A stretch of 64,000 nt of DNA from positions 1,888,001-1,952,000 of the forward strand of contig CBDCOX010000002.1 of assembly GCA_965219995.1 (NCBI GenBank), in the 5' to 3' direction. Both the position numbers and the translations under genes were made by a program. This document shows positions 1 to 9,560 of the stretch, piece by piece. Numbering within the stretch: position 1 is the first letter of the stretch; the number at the start of each line of letters is the position of its first letter. Below the pieces are notes generated by a model. It ran no database searches and was not told where the DNA came from. It was given only the letters and a program-made list of their open reading frames with translations. The stretch comes from Candidatus Latescibacterota bacterium (GTDB lineage: Bacteria; Latescibacterota; UBA2968; GCA-2709665).

Positions 1-41
1 TTATTCGACTCCGATTGCCCGAAACCGCAAGAGGGGCCCCG

Positions 42-1604
42 ATGTCCAGACTTCGGAACGTCAACACGACCGATATCGCGGATGCCATCCGCCTGGGCTG
101 CCGCACGATGTGCAACGTGTTCAACGCGGATGACGACAATGTCCCCTTCTTCGGTTCCAGGGTGCTCCCGGAAGCGCGGTTGAGCTTCAGTCCCGTGCAT
201 TCCGAATCACACGTTCCCGGGCGCCACCTGAACGCATTGCTCAACGCCGAAGATGCGATCGGGATCGAACTGGACGAGCGCTGCATCGACAACCACGCCA
301 GCGCCGCCTTTCTTGCGTACAGCGGGCCCGTTGCCCTGCCGATCAACCGGGACGAGGCTGGGGGACCGCCAGTCAACTTCACGCCGCATAACTGCCGGGA
401 AGGATTCCATGCGTTGTACCCCCTGGTCCGTTTCAGACATTCCGAACGCGCCAGGGAGTTCGCCGAAGCCGGTATCCGCGCAATTTTGAAATACTGGAGT
501 CCGATGGCCGGCTGGGACTACGATACCCTCGAAGACGAACTGGGACTCCGTGTCCACCGCTCCACCTATGTCGTCGGGCTCGGACGTTCCATCGGACCGT
601 TGGTGAAATACTATAAGGCGACGGGATACGGCGCCGCACTCGACCTGGCTATCGTCCTGAAGGACAAGGCGCTGGAGTTTTTCACCGAGAGCGGGGACTA
701 CAACCGCGAGACCTTCGGTTCCCATACGCATTCCACCACGTGTGTGATGTCTTCCCTCGCCCAGTTCGCCGAACTGACGTCTGACGCTCGCCTGATGGGC
801 CGCGTGAAAGCCTTCTACGACAACGGACTCCCCGAATTCAGCGATCCGCTCGGTTGGGTCATCGAAAACAGCGGGGACGAAGCGCCGGCCGACCGGGGAG
901 AAATCAACAACTCCGGCGACATACTGGAAACCGCGCTCATCCTCGGCCGCTGGGGATTTCCCGAGTATTACGGCGACGCGGAACGCATTCTTCGGTCCCA
1001 TATTCTGCCTTCCCAACTGCGCGACGTGTCGTTTATCAGTGACCCGCCCAATCCCGAGGGTGAGGACGGCAAACGGGCCGTCGCCGATCGTCACCTGGGC
1101 GCATTCGGCTTTCCGGCACCGTACGGGCACCATCCGATCGACACGGAAACGATCAGTTTCAACATGGACATCGTGGGCGGCGGTGTGGCCTCACTGTGTG
1201 AGGCCTACCGGGAAATTGCCTGTACGGACGTAGCGTGCCACCGTGTCAATTTACTGTTCGATTACGATTCGCCGGAACTGAGGATCGAATCCCCCTACAC
1301 GCATCCGGCGCTGCGCGTTCGTGTGAAACGCGCGGGCCCGCTGTTCGTGCGCGTTCCATCCTGGGTACAGACGTCTCAAGTCCGCGTCCGCGGCGCGCGC
1401 GAAGCGCCGCGTCAGACGAACGGCTATCTCTATATCGCCCGCCCCCCGCTGAACCGTACGATGACGTTCGAGTTTCCACTTACCGAACGGGAAATCGTCC
1501 TGGACCACCGGACCCGGCAGATCCGCGTGAGACTGCGTGGAGACGAGGTGGTGGCTATGGACGACTTCGGCGCGGACCTGACGTTTTTCGATCCGTACGA
1601 GTAA
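42..1604 (+). CDS. hypothetical protein, GH127/(alpha/alpha)6 glycosidase-like
   Basis: Long ORF; ATG at 42 follows GAGGGG. The layout resembles GH127-like proteins (YYGDAERILRSHILPSQ, C-terminal LFVRVPSW beta domain), but the Cys motifs are absent. Confidence 0.55.
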   Translation: MSRLRNVNTTDIADAIRLGCRTMCNVFNADDDNVPFFGSRVLPEARLSFSPVHSESHVPGRHLNALLNAEDAIGIELDERCIDNHASAAFLAYSGPVALPINRDEAGGPPVNFTPHNCREGFHALYPLVRFRHSERAREFAEAGIRAILKYWSPMAGWDYDTLEDELGLRVHRSTYVVGLGRSIGPLVKYYKATGYGAALDLAIVLKDKALEFFTESGDYNRETFGSHTHSTTCVMSSLAQFAELTSDARLMGRVKAFYDNGLPEFSDPLGWVIENSGDEAPADRGEINNSGDILETALILGRWGFPEYYGDAERILRSHILPSQLRDVSFISDPPNPEGEDGKRAVADRHLGAFGFPAPYGHHPIDTETISFNMDIVGGGVASLCEAYREIACTDVACHRVNLLFDYDSPELRIESPYTHPALRVRVKRAGPLFVRVPSWVQTSQVRVRGAREAPRQTNGYLYIARPPLNRTMTFEFPLTEREIVLDHRTRQIRVRLRGDEVVAMDDFGADLTFFDPYE

Positions 1605-1858
1605 ACCCACCGACGATAGACTGGATAGCCGTCTTCGCGACGCCAACGTCCCTGGCATACCGGGACAGGACCGCGCTAACAGTCCGTTGAAAAAGTCGCT
1701 CTGCAGGCGAGTCCGAGTCATTGTGGCCGAAGACAAGGCGCGCGACCGACGCGCATCCCTGGATTCGGGGAGGGAGCGCAACGCCGTATTTCGGTCACAA
1801 GGGCCGGACGCAGACCGGATGGACTTTATCAACGGGCTGCTAAGGAAAGGAGCAAGAT

Positions 1859-2953
1859 TTGAAGATTACCCACATCAGCGCCACCCCGATCCGCGTACCA
1901 CGCCCGCAGACCTTTACCAGCAGCCTCGGGCGCAGCCAGGAGACCGAGAACGCGATCGTCGAAATCCGGACTGACGAAGGCATTACCGGTGTTGGCGAAG
2001 TGTGCAGCATCTGGGACCGCAAGGGCCGCGGTCAGGCCGAAGATATCAACGACCTGCTCGTTGGCGCGCTTTCGGGCCGCGACCCGTTCCGCATTGCGGA
2101 GATCCACGCGCTGATGAACAGCCTGCTGCATCGCTCCGAACCGGCGAAGGCCGGTGTGGACATGGCCCTGTACGACATCGTCGGCAAAGCGCTTGACACG
2201 CCGGTTTACAACCTGCTGGGTGGGCTGGTGCGGGACCGCGTCCTGCTCAGCCATTCGCTTTCCATGGGCGAACCGGATCAGATCGCCGAACAGGCCGCCG
2301 CGCTCGCGAATCGGGGATACCGAACGCTCAAGGCGAAGATCGGGATGGACCCGGAAGCCGATCTCGCCACAGTCAAGGCCATTCGCGAGGGTGTGGGAAA
2401 CGACGTCGTCCTGCGCGTGGACGCCAACATGGGCTGGCGCAACGCCAAAGAGGCCGTCCGAAACATCAAGAGCATCGAACCCTTCCGGCTCGAACTGGTG
2501 GAGCAGCCGCTTCACTTCAGCGACCTGGAGGGTCTGCGGCACATCCGGGATCACGTAGACACACCCATTATGGCGGACGAGAGCGTCTGGACGCCGACCG
2601 ACGCGATGGCATGCATCAAGGCCGGAGCCGTGGATGTCTTCAATGTCTACGTGGCCGAAGCCGGAGGCATCTATCCCGCCGCGCAGATTTTCGCCATTGC
2701 CGAAGCCACGCGGCTGCCCTGCATCATCGGGAGCATGCCCGAACTGGGTATCGGGACCTCCGCCCAGGCTCACCTCGCGTTTGCCATGCGAAACCTGGGG
2801 TATGCCAGCGACGTGAACGGCTTCGTGTACCACGCGGACGACATCATCCTCGAAACCCTGAAGATAGAGGACGGCCACCTTCTGCCGCCGCCGGGACCGG
2901 GGCTGGGCGTGAACCTGGACCGGGATAAAATGGAGAAATACCGAATCGCGTGA
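1859..2953 (+). CDS. enolase superfamily, muconate cycloisomerase / dipeptide epimerase-like
   Basis: KAKIG, DAN, EQP and DES metal and catalytic motifs; AAGGAG RBS before a TTG start. Confidence 0.88.
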   Translation: MKITHISATPIRVPRPQTFTSSLGRSQETENAIVEIRTDEGITGVGEVCSIWDRKGRGQAEDINDLLVGALSGRDPFRIAEIHALMNSLLHRSEPAKAGVDMALYDIVGKALDTPVYNLLGGLVRDRVLLSHSLSMGEPDQIAEQAAALANRGYRTLKAKIGMDPEADLATVKAIREGVGNDVVLRVDANMGWRNAKEAVRNIKSIEPFRLELVEQPLHFSDLEGLRHIRDHVDTPIMADESVWTPTDAMACIKAGAVDVFNVYVAEAGGIYPAAQIFAIAEATRLPCIIGSMPELGIGTSAQAHLAFAMRNLGYASDVNGFVYHADDIILETLKIEDGHLLPPPGPGLGVNLDRDKMEKYRIA

Positions 2954-2985
2954 ATCCGACCCGCAATTGACACCTGGAGCGTTCC

Positions 2986-4320
2986 ATGACCACCGCCAGA
3001 GCCGGATGGGCCGAAGTAGAAACCACGCCGCCACTTGGGTTGCCAATGGGAGGACGCGGCCCTCGCTTTACACCGGGCGCACACATCCTGGACCCGCTCT
3101 GCGCACAGGCCACCGTACTGGAAGATTCCAGGGGAAAGAGGACCCTCTGGATATCCGCGGACCTCATCGGGCTCGCGCCGGTGATCGCGGAGCCTCTCCG
3201 GTACGACCTGTCCGCGCTCACCGGGATTCCCGTCGAAGCCGTCGTCCTGAATTTCTCGCACACCCACAGCGGCCCCATGGGCGGCTTCGAAGGCTATGCC
3301 ACGACAGTGCCGAAGCCGCGCGAACTCCACGCGTACGACGAGACCCTGTGCCGAAACATCGTTCGCGCGGCACTCACGGCCGTTGACAACCTTCAACCGG
3401 TTGCAGTAACCGAATACCGTGCCGCGTCGGCAGTAGGAATCAACCGCCGCAGGAAAAGCCCGTCGGGCAAGATTCAGATGGGTCCCAATCCTGATGGCGT
3501 GCACAACCCGGACCTGTGGCTGATCGACGTTTCGGCGACGGAGAGCGACGACAGGTGTGTCGTATTCAGCTACGGATGTCATCCGGTGATCGTCTACGGT
3601 TATGCCTGGGACGGCATCTCGGCCGACTATCCCGGGGTTTGCCGCGCCAAGCTCCGGTCGGACCTCGGCGCGAACGTCCATTGCCAGTTCATCCAGGGCC
3701 TCGCGGGAAATATCAGGCCCCGTGTTCTGGCCGATCTGGATCGGGGCAGATTCCGAAAACCGACGCCCGCCGACACAGCGGCCGCGGGAACTGAACTTGC
3801 CGGCGACATTATCCGCGCACTCCGCAATGGCGGCACAGAGCTGGACCTGAACATCGCGGCGGTTCAGGGACGCTTTCTTGCCCCGAGAGACCAGGCGGGA
3901 ATACCGCCCGTGGACCACTGGCGGTCGCTCCTGGAATCGGACGATGAACTCAGCCGGAATCTGGCCGGCTACTGGGTCGCGCGGCTCGAGAGCGGCGTTC
4001 CGCCGGTCAAGGTTGTGCCCTGGCCGGTGGGTCTGATAAGGCTCGCAGAAGGGCGCCGGATCGCCTGGATTGCGGGCGAGGTTCTTGCCGAATGGCTGGA
4101 CCTCGTGAGAACCTGGCTCAACGATCCGGACCTGATCGCCTGGGGCTACTGCCAGGAAGGTAGGGGTTATCTTCCCACCGATGAACTTCTGCCGGAAGGT
4201 GGATATGAGGTCGACCGCGCCAATGCGTACACCGTCACCGGCCCCGGTCCCTTCTCGGAAGGACTCGATGCGGCGGCGCGGGAGACTTTTCTGTCGTTCG
4301 GCCGCCAGCTCCAGTACTGA
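2986..4320 (+). CDS. neutral/alkaline ceramidase-like amidohydrolase
   Basis: SHTHSGP, YGCHP, ISADYPG, QGLAGNIRP and GYLPT...EGGYE motifs. Confidence 0.75.
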   Translation: MTTARAGWAEVETTPPLGLPMGGRGPRFTPGAHILDPLCAQATVLEDSRGKRTLWISADLIGLAPVIAEPLRYDLSALTGIPVEAVVLNFSHTHSGPMGGFEGYATTVPKPRELHAYDETLCRNIVRAALTAVDNLQPVAVTEYRAASAVGINRRRKSPSGKIQMGPNPDGVHNPDLWLIDVSATESDDRCVVFSYGCHPVIVYGYAWDGISADYPGVCRAKLRSDLGANVHCQFIQGLAGNIRPRVLADLDRGRFRKPTPADTAAAGTELAGDIIRALRNGGTELDLNIAAVQGRFLAPRDQAGIPPVDHWRSLLESDDELSRNLAGYWVARLESGVPPVKVVPWPVGLIRLAEGRRIAWIAGEVLAEWLDLVRTWLNDPDLIAWGYCQEGRGYLPTDELLPEGGYEVDRANAYTVTGPGPFSEGLDAAARETFLSFGRQLQY

Positions 4321-4370
4321 ATCTCCGCCGGGCCTGCGCTCCGCCGCGGTCCGCTTCCATCGTCTTCAAC

Positions 4371-6068
4371 ATGCCCCATCATTGGAGAAATAGAGCCGGC
4401 GCGCCCTTTGAAGTACAGAAACAGCCGGCGTCCGGATCGCGCGGCGTGGTTGCCGCCAACCATCCGATCGGCTCGGCGGCCGGCGCGCAGATGTTCGCCC
4501 TGGGCGGGAACGCCATCGACGCCGCCGTGGCCGCGCTGTTCGCGCTCAACGTGGTCGAGCCCCAGATGGTGGGACTCCTGGGCGCCGGATGGATCAATAT
4601 CCGTCTCGCCGACGGCACGCCCGTCATCCTCGACGCCTACGCGTCCGCGCCCGGCCATGCGGCGCCGGACATGTATGTGCCTGTCTCCGACACCTGGCCG
4701 GACTACATGCGGTCTGAGAACGACGCCAACAAGATCGGCGCGCTGGCCGCCGGCGTGCCCGGCGCGCTGAAGGGATGGTGCGAAGCGCTCGAACACTGGG
4801 GTGCACTGGACCTGAAGACCGTCGTTCAACCCGCCATCCAGGTTGCCGAGAACGGGTTTCCCGTAAGCCGTTACCTGGCCGAATCCGTGGAACAGAATCA
4901 GGGGCACCTCAGCAGATATCCGGATACAGCGCGCATTTTTCTGCCCCGCGGGCGACCGCCGGCGCCGGGCACACGCCTCGTTCAACCGGACCTTGCCGCG
5001 ACCCTGCGCGACGTCGCCGACGGAGGACCGGACGTCCTCTACAAGGGTCCACTCGGAAAGAGGATCGTCGACCACGTCCGGCAATGCGGCGGCATCCTCA
5101 CCATGGAGGATTTCGGCGCTTACCGCGCCATTCAGCGGAGCGCGGTCCGGGGAACGTACCGCGGATACGAACTCGTCGTCCCGCCGCCGCCGTCTTCCGG
5201 CGGCGTCCACATGCTTCAGATCCTCAATCTGCTCGAGGGATACGACGTTGCCGGCCTCGGGTTCGGCACGGCGGACGGCATCCACGTCCTCGCCGAATGC
5301 TTCAAGATCGCCTTTGCCGACCGCACGAAATACCTTGGCGACCCCGAACAAATCGATGTGCCCGTCGAATGGCTGGTGTCCAAGACCTACGGAGAGCAGC
5401 GTCGCCAGGAAATCGACATGGAGGGAGCGACCCGCCCCGGCGCCGGCGTTCCGCCTCCATCCGAATCCGAGTGTACCACGCATGTGACCACCGCCGATGC
5501 TGCGGGCAACATCGCCGCCATGACCCAGACCATCAACGAGGGGTTCGGCTGCAAGGTTGTCGTTCCCGGGACGGGCCTGCTCCTGAATAACAATATGGCC
5601 CTCTTCGATCCCCACCCCGGTATGGCCAACTCGGTTGGGCCCGGCCGGCGAATGCTCAGCAGCAACGCGCCCACCGTTGTTTCCAGAAACGGCGACCCGT
5701 GTTTCGCGCTGGGCACGCCCGGCGGGGTACGCATCTTTCCCGCCGTCCTGCAGGCCCTCATCAACCTCATCGACCACGGAATGACGCTGCAGGAAGCCGT
5801 TGAAGCCCCCAGAGTCTGGACGCAGGGCCAGGAACTGGAAGTCGAGCCCGCCATCACCGGCTCCGTGAGAACCCGGCTCAGGGGCCTCGGCCACGACGTT
5901 CGCGAGGTCAATACCGTCGCTGGAGGGATGAACGGCATCGCCTGCGATCACGACACTGGAACCATCACCGGCGCCGCGTGCTGGCGCGCCGACGGGTCTC
6001 CGGTTGCCGTTGCGGGCGGCCCTGCACGCCGCGGTATCCGGTTCAGACCCGACGTCGGCCGCGCATAG
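4371..6068 (+). CDS. ggt: gamma-glutamyltransferase family protein
   Basis: GGNAIDAAVA, PPPSSGG, TTH (catalytic Thr), LLNNNM, MLSSNAP and GTPGG motifs. Confidence 0.92.
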   Translation: MPHHWRNRAGAPFEVQKQPASGSRGVVAANHPIGSAAGAQMFALGGNAIDAAVAALFALNVVEPQMVGLLGAGWINIRLADGTPVILDAYASAPGHAAPDMYVPVSDTWPDYMRSENDANKIGALAAGVPGALKGWCEALEHWGALDLKTVVQPAIQVAENGFPVSRYLAESVEQNQGHLSRYPDTARIFLPRGRPPAPGTRLVQPDLAATLRDVADGGPDVLYKGPLGKRIVDHVRQCGGILTMEDFGAYRAIQRSAVRGTYRGYELVVPPPPSSGGVHMLQILNLLEGYDVAGLGFGTADGIHVLAECFKIAFADRTKYLGDPEQIDVPVEWLVSKTYGEQRRQEIDMEGATRPGAGVPPPSESECTTHVTTADAAGNIAAMTQTINEGFGCKVVVPGTGLLLNNNMALFDPHPGMANSVGPGRRMLSSNAPTVVSRNGDPCFALGTPGGVRIFPAVLQALINLIDHGMTLQEAVEAPRVWTQGQELEVEPAITGSVRTRLRGLGHDVREVNTVAGGMNGIACDHDTGTITGAACWRADGSPVAVAGGPARRGIRFRPDVGRA

Positions 6069-6119
6069 AACACAATCCCAATCTCAAATGCGACATATCC
6101 GGAATCGGAGGACCGTTGC

Positions 6120-8891
6120 ATGGTGAATGACTGGCTCGAAACCTGGCACGGTGAATTCGATATCCCTGAAATGCAGGACCCGGGCCGATGGCGGCGATAC
6201 CGGTCCCGCGTCCGCCATCCCGCAACCATCTTCTCACCGGAGGACATCGCCCGCGCCCGGGAAAACGTCTCCCGGCACGCCTGGGCGCGAAGGGCCCTGG
6301 AGACGCTTCTGGAGAGAGTCGACGCTGCCGGGGCGGTTTCCCGTGGGTGGGCGCGGACGTACGTGCCGTCAACGACACCCTATTCGCCGCATTTCACCAT
6401 GTGTCCGAAGTGCGAGTTCGCGCCCATGCACGGCGCATACGACTGGGTTCCGGACGATCCCGCGCACATACGATGCAAGGGATGCGGCACCGTGTATCCC
6501 AATTACGATTATCCGGAAGACGTGGTTTTCGAAAGTCGCTTCGACCCCCGGCAGAAAATTACGCTCTACGGCGGCAAGTCCTGGCAGGCCTACGGATACG
6601 ACGCCATCCACTCCAGCTTTTCGGGCCATGCCCGCATCCACCGGTGCCGGCACGCCGCCAATACCGCCGAAGACCTGGCGCTGGCCTACGCCCTCACGGG
6701 AGAAAGGGAGTACGCGGCCGGCGCAGCGATGGTCCTGAAGCGGTTTGCAGACGTCCATCCTTCGTATCTCGTACATTCCTCGTACGGCGACATTGCGGAT
6801 CTGGATCCGAAGATCGCCGCAACCCGAGTCGACAATCTGCCGGAAGACGAGTGGTGCCCGCCGGGAAACAGGCCGAACCGGAAGCTCCATCCCGGATACT
6901 GGGCCGTACTGCGCTGGGGCTCCTCCGGAGGGATGGAAGGTACCTCCCTTCAAAAACTCATCCTCGCCTACGACCTGGTCGCCGAAACCCTGTCTGACGC
7001 GGAAAAACGGCATATCGAGCACGACCTGCTGCTCGACGCGGCCGTGATGCTCTTCTCGGACGACGTCATCAATAACAAGACCGGAATGAACCGATGCGCC
7101 GTGGGCCTGATCGGAATCGTCTGCGGCGATCCGCTGCTGATCCGGTTCGGCCTCGACGGCTTTGTGAGGGCCGTGCGCGACTGGTGGCTGCCTGACGGCG
7201 GAACGCCTGAATCCATCGGCTACGCGGGAATGATGCTCTCCGGCATCTGGCGTCTCGCCGAAGCCCTCAAGCGCTATTCGGATCCGGATGGCGCCGGTTA
7301 CCCGCCGGCGCCGCTGCATCGAGTGGACCTCTACAGCTGGCCGCGCTACCGTGCGGTCTGGCAGAACATGGCCCGCCCGCTCCTTCCGGATCTGGACTAT
7401 CCGTTGCTGGCCGACAACCGGCTGCCCTGCCACCTCTCCGCCATGTTCGCCGACATCCTCGCGCGCAATTACCCGTCCGAAAACCACCGCATGCTTCAAC
7501 GCGATATCGCGAAGACTGACCGCTGCTATGCCGGCCGAATCGCTCAGTTCTGGTACGGCGGCAACCTGGACACGGCCGCCGCCTTCTACCGCCAGCCCGA
7601 TTCACTGCCCGAGCAGCCTCCCCGGTTCGCAGACGACCTGGGGCCCTACCTGAACATCGGAACCCAGCGTACGGGGCACAGGGGAACCGGCGCCGCGGTC
7701 ATCCTTTGCGGCGCAGACTTCAAAGGGCACCACCATCACGACCATCTCAATCTCTACTACTGGAAAGACCGGCGTGAACTGCTCACCGATCTCGGCTATC
7801 TGTGGGACATGGAGGAACTCCGCTACGGCGTCAACCGCACCTTCGCGCACAATCTGGTCGTCGTGGACGGCAAAGAACAGATGACGCGCGGCCGCCGGGC
7901 GACCTTTCACCTCTTTTCGGCATGTCCCCGGGCGAAGGTGATGGAGGCTTCGTCAAACGTCTACCCGGGCACCTCGATCTACCGGCGGACCATCGCCGCC
8001 GTCGGCAGCGGTCCCGGCGAATACGTCGTGGATGTCTTTCGCGTCAGGGGCGGCGAAAGGCACGATTGGGTCATGCACGGACCGGACCGATCCATCGCGC
8101 TTTCCGGCATACAGACCAGGCCGTCAGACGAGGATATATACGATCTCACGCGGATCCGTTCGGGCCGATCCGTATCCGCCTGGTCGGCCGCGTGGACGCC
8201 CGGCAGCGAGAAACCGTTCCGTGTGCACGTCCCGGCGCATGAAGCCGAGCAGGTCTTTGTCGGTCAGGGATTCGGCCAGCGCAAGGCGCGCGACATCGGC
8301 GCCACCGTACCGTACATCGTACGCCGTCGAGTCAACGGCGACAGCACTTTTGTTACGGTGTTTGCCGATGGCGAAGCCGTCACATCCGTGCGGGTCCTCT
8401 CCCTGAACCCGGCCACCATGGCGACAGTCGTTGAGGTCGCCACGAACGCGGGGAGAGATGTATTGATCAGCGCAGGAGACGGACAGGCTCCCGAAACCGT
8501 CGAGCGGCAGGACTCTGCCCTGCGATTTAATGGCCGATTCGGATTCATTTCAACCGGATGCGCATGGTTGGTGGGGGGCACCCGTCTGCAACAAGGCGAA
8601 ATCACTCTCGGGAACGATTTCCCGGCGCATTCGGGCCCCGTCCTGGAAACCCGCATTACCGAGAGAGAATCCGGCCTGGTGACCACAGGGGATACGAGCA
8701 GGTTGCGCGACCTGGAAGGAAAACACATCTTCGTGGCCGACAGCCGGCGGATGATCCGCGCTTACCCCGTTCTCGGGCTTGCCGAGTCACGGGGTCATCC
8801 CATGCTGGTCACCCGACGCGGCGACAGGGGCTACGATATCCGCTACGGCGAGACGTGGACGGCCTGGACGGAGACGTTCCGGACATTGTGA
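6120..8891 (+). CDS. heparinase II/III-like polysaccharide lyase family protein
   Basis: PDGGTPES, GHHHHDHLNL, LLTDLGY and HNLVVVDG motifs; N-terminal CxxC...CxxC; GGAGG RBS upstream. Confidence 0.75.
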   Translation: MVNDWLETWHGEFDIPEMQDPGRWRRYRSRVRHPATIFSPEDIARARENVSRHAWARRALETLLERVDAAGAVSRGWARTYVPSTTPYSPHFTMCPKCEFAPMHGAYDWVPDDPAHIRCKGCGTVYPNYDYPEDVVFESRFDPRQKITLYGGKSWQAYGYDAIHSSFSGHARIHRCRHAANTAEDLALAYALTGEREYAAGAAMVLKRFADVHPSYLVHSSYGDIADLDPKIAATRVDNLPEDEWCPPGNRPNRKLHPGYWAVLRWGSSGGMEGTSLQKLILAYDLVAETLSDAEKRHIEHDLLLDAAVMLFSDDVINNKTGMNRCAVGLIGIVCGDPLLIRFGLDGFVRAVRDWWLPDGGTPESIGYAGMMLSGIWRLAEALKRYSDPDGAGYPPAPLHRVDLYSWPRYRAVWQNMARPLLPDLDYPLLADNRLPCHLSAMFADILARNYPSENHRMLQRDIAKTDRCYAGRIAQFWYGGNLDTAAAFYRQPDSLPEQPPRFADDLGPYLNIGTQRTGHRGTGAAVILCGADFKGHHHHDHLNLYYWKDRRELLTDLGYLWDMEELRYGVNRTFAHNLVVVDGKEQMTRGRRATFHLFSACPRAKVMEASSNVYPGTSIYRRTIAAVGSGPGEYVVDVFRVRGGERHDWVMHGPDRSIALSGIQTRPSDEDIYDLTRIRSGRSVSAWSAAWTPGSEKPFRVHVPAHEAEQVFVGQGFGQRKARDIGATVPYIVRRRVNGDSTFVTVFADGEAVTSVRVLSLNPATMATVVEVATNAGRDVLISAGDGQAPETVERQDSALRFNGRFGFISTGCAWLVGGTRLQQGEITLGNDFPAHSGPVLETRITERESGLVTTGDTSRLRDLEGKHIFVADSRRMIRAYPVLGLAESRGHPMLVTRRGDRGYDIRYGETWTAWTETFRTL

Positions 8892-9026
8892 AGGACCGCG
8901 GAAACCCCTCTGACGTGAGACATCGCTTACCGCGACTTGCTGTATCGCGGAACTTCGAACGGTCCGGAGCGTTTCAGTGTTATCCCTCTTCCTCGTTTCT
9001 CCAATTTTCCGCAGGAGGCCTCACCA

Positions 9027-9443
9027 ATGACCGGCACTTCCCTTCGCGCCCTTGCGGTTGTTGTCTTTCTCCACGGCTTCCCGGAACCGACTTCAGGAGG
9101 TCCGCCCGCGTCCGTCGACTCATTAAAGATCAGGCCGCCGCAACGCCTGCAGGTTTTGCCCGGCCCGAATAACCTGAAAGGCCTGCGTCAGAGACTCAAT
9201 CGAAAACGGCTGATCGAAAAGGAAGACGCAATCATCGCGTACTTGCTTCAGAACCTGGCGGTCCGGCGATCGCCGCTGGACAACATGCCCCTCGCGAACC
9301 CCGGCGCCGGGCTTGCGTACAACATGCCCATTGCGAGGCCGAACCCTCTCATCGACTACAAGATGCTCTTTCCGGGAACGCCGTCCGTCCCGGAAACCGG
9401 AGCGCCGATCCAGCCCGGTGCCAGGCGATTCAAACGAAAGTAA
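9027..9443 (+). CDS. small secreted hypothetical protein
   Basis: AGGAGG RBS before ATG 9027; hydrophobic signal-like N-terminus; repeated DNMP/YNMP motif. Confidence 0.6.
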   Translation: MTGTSLRALAVVVFLHGFPEPTSGGPPASVDSLKIRPPQRLQVLPGPNNLKGLRQRLNRKRLIEKEDAIIAYLLQNLAVRRSPLDNMPLANPGAGLAYNMPIARPNPLIDYKMLFPGTPSVPETGAPIQPGARRFKRK

Positions 9444-9471
9444 CGCGTGGGAACGACTTACGTCGGCATCC

Positions 9472-9506
9472 GAAAAAGGCTCCGGGTTTTTCCGGAGCCT
9501 TTTTTC
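9472..9506. terminator. bidirectional intrinsic terminator
   Basis: GAAAAAGGCTCCGG-loop-CCGGAGCCTTTTT inverted repeat with A/T tails, between convergent genes. Confidence 0.85.
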
Positions 9507-9560
9507 GTTCGATTCAATCGCCCGCGGGCCGGGACCGACCCGAAACGACCGTGGATCGAG

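Noticed and set aside
4167-5951. 594-aa minus-strand ORF and similar long antisense ORFs (e.g. 9447..10805, 18326..19681, 61470..62576)
   Set aside because: They overlap well-supported genes on the opposite strand almost entirely, which is typical of high-GC shadow frames.
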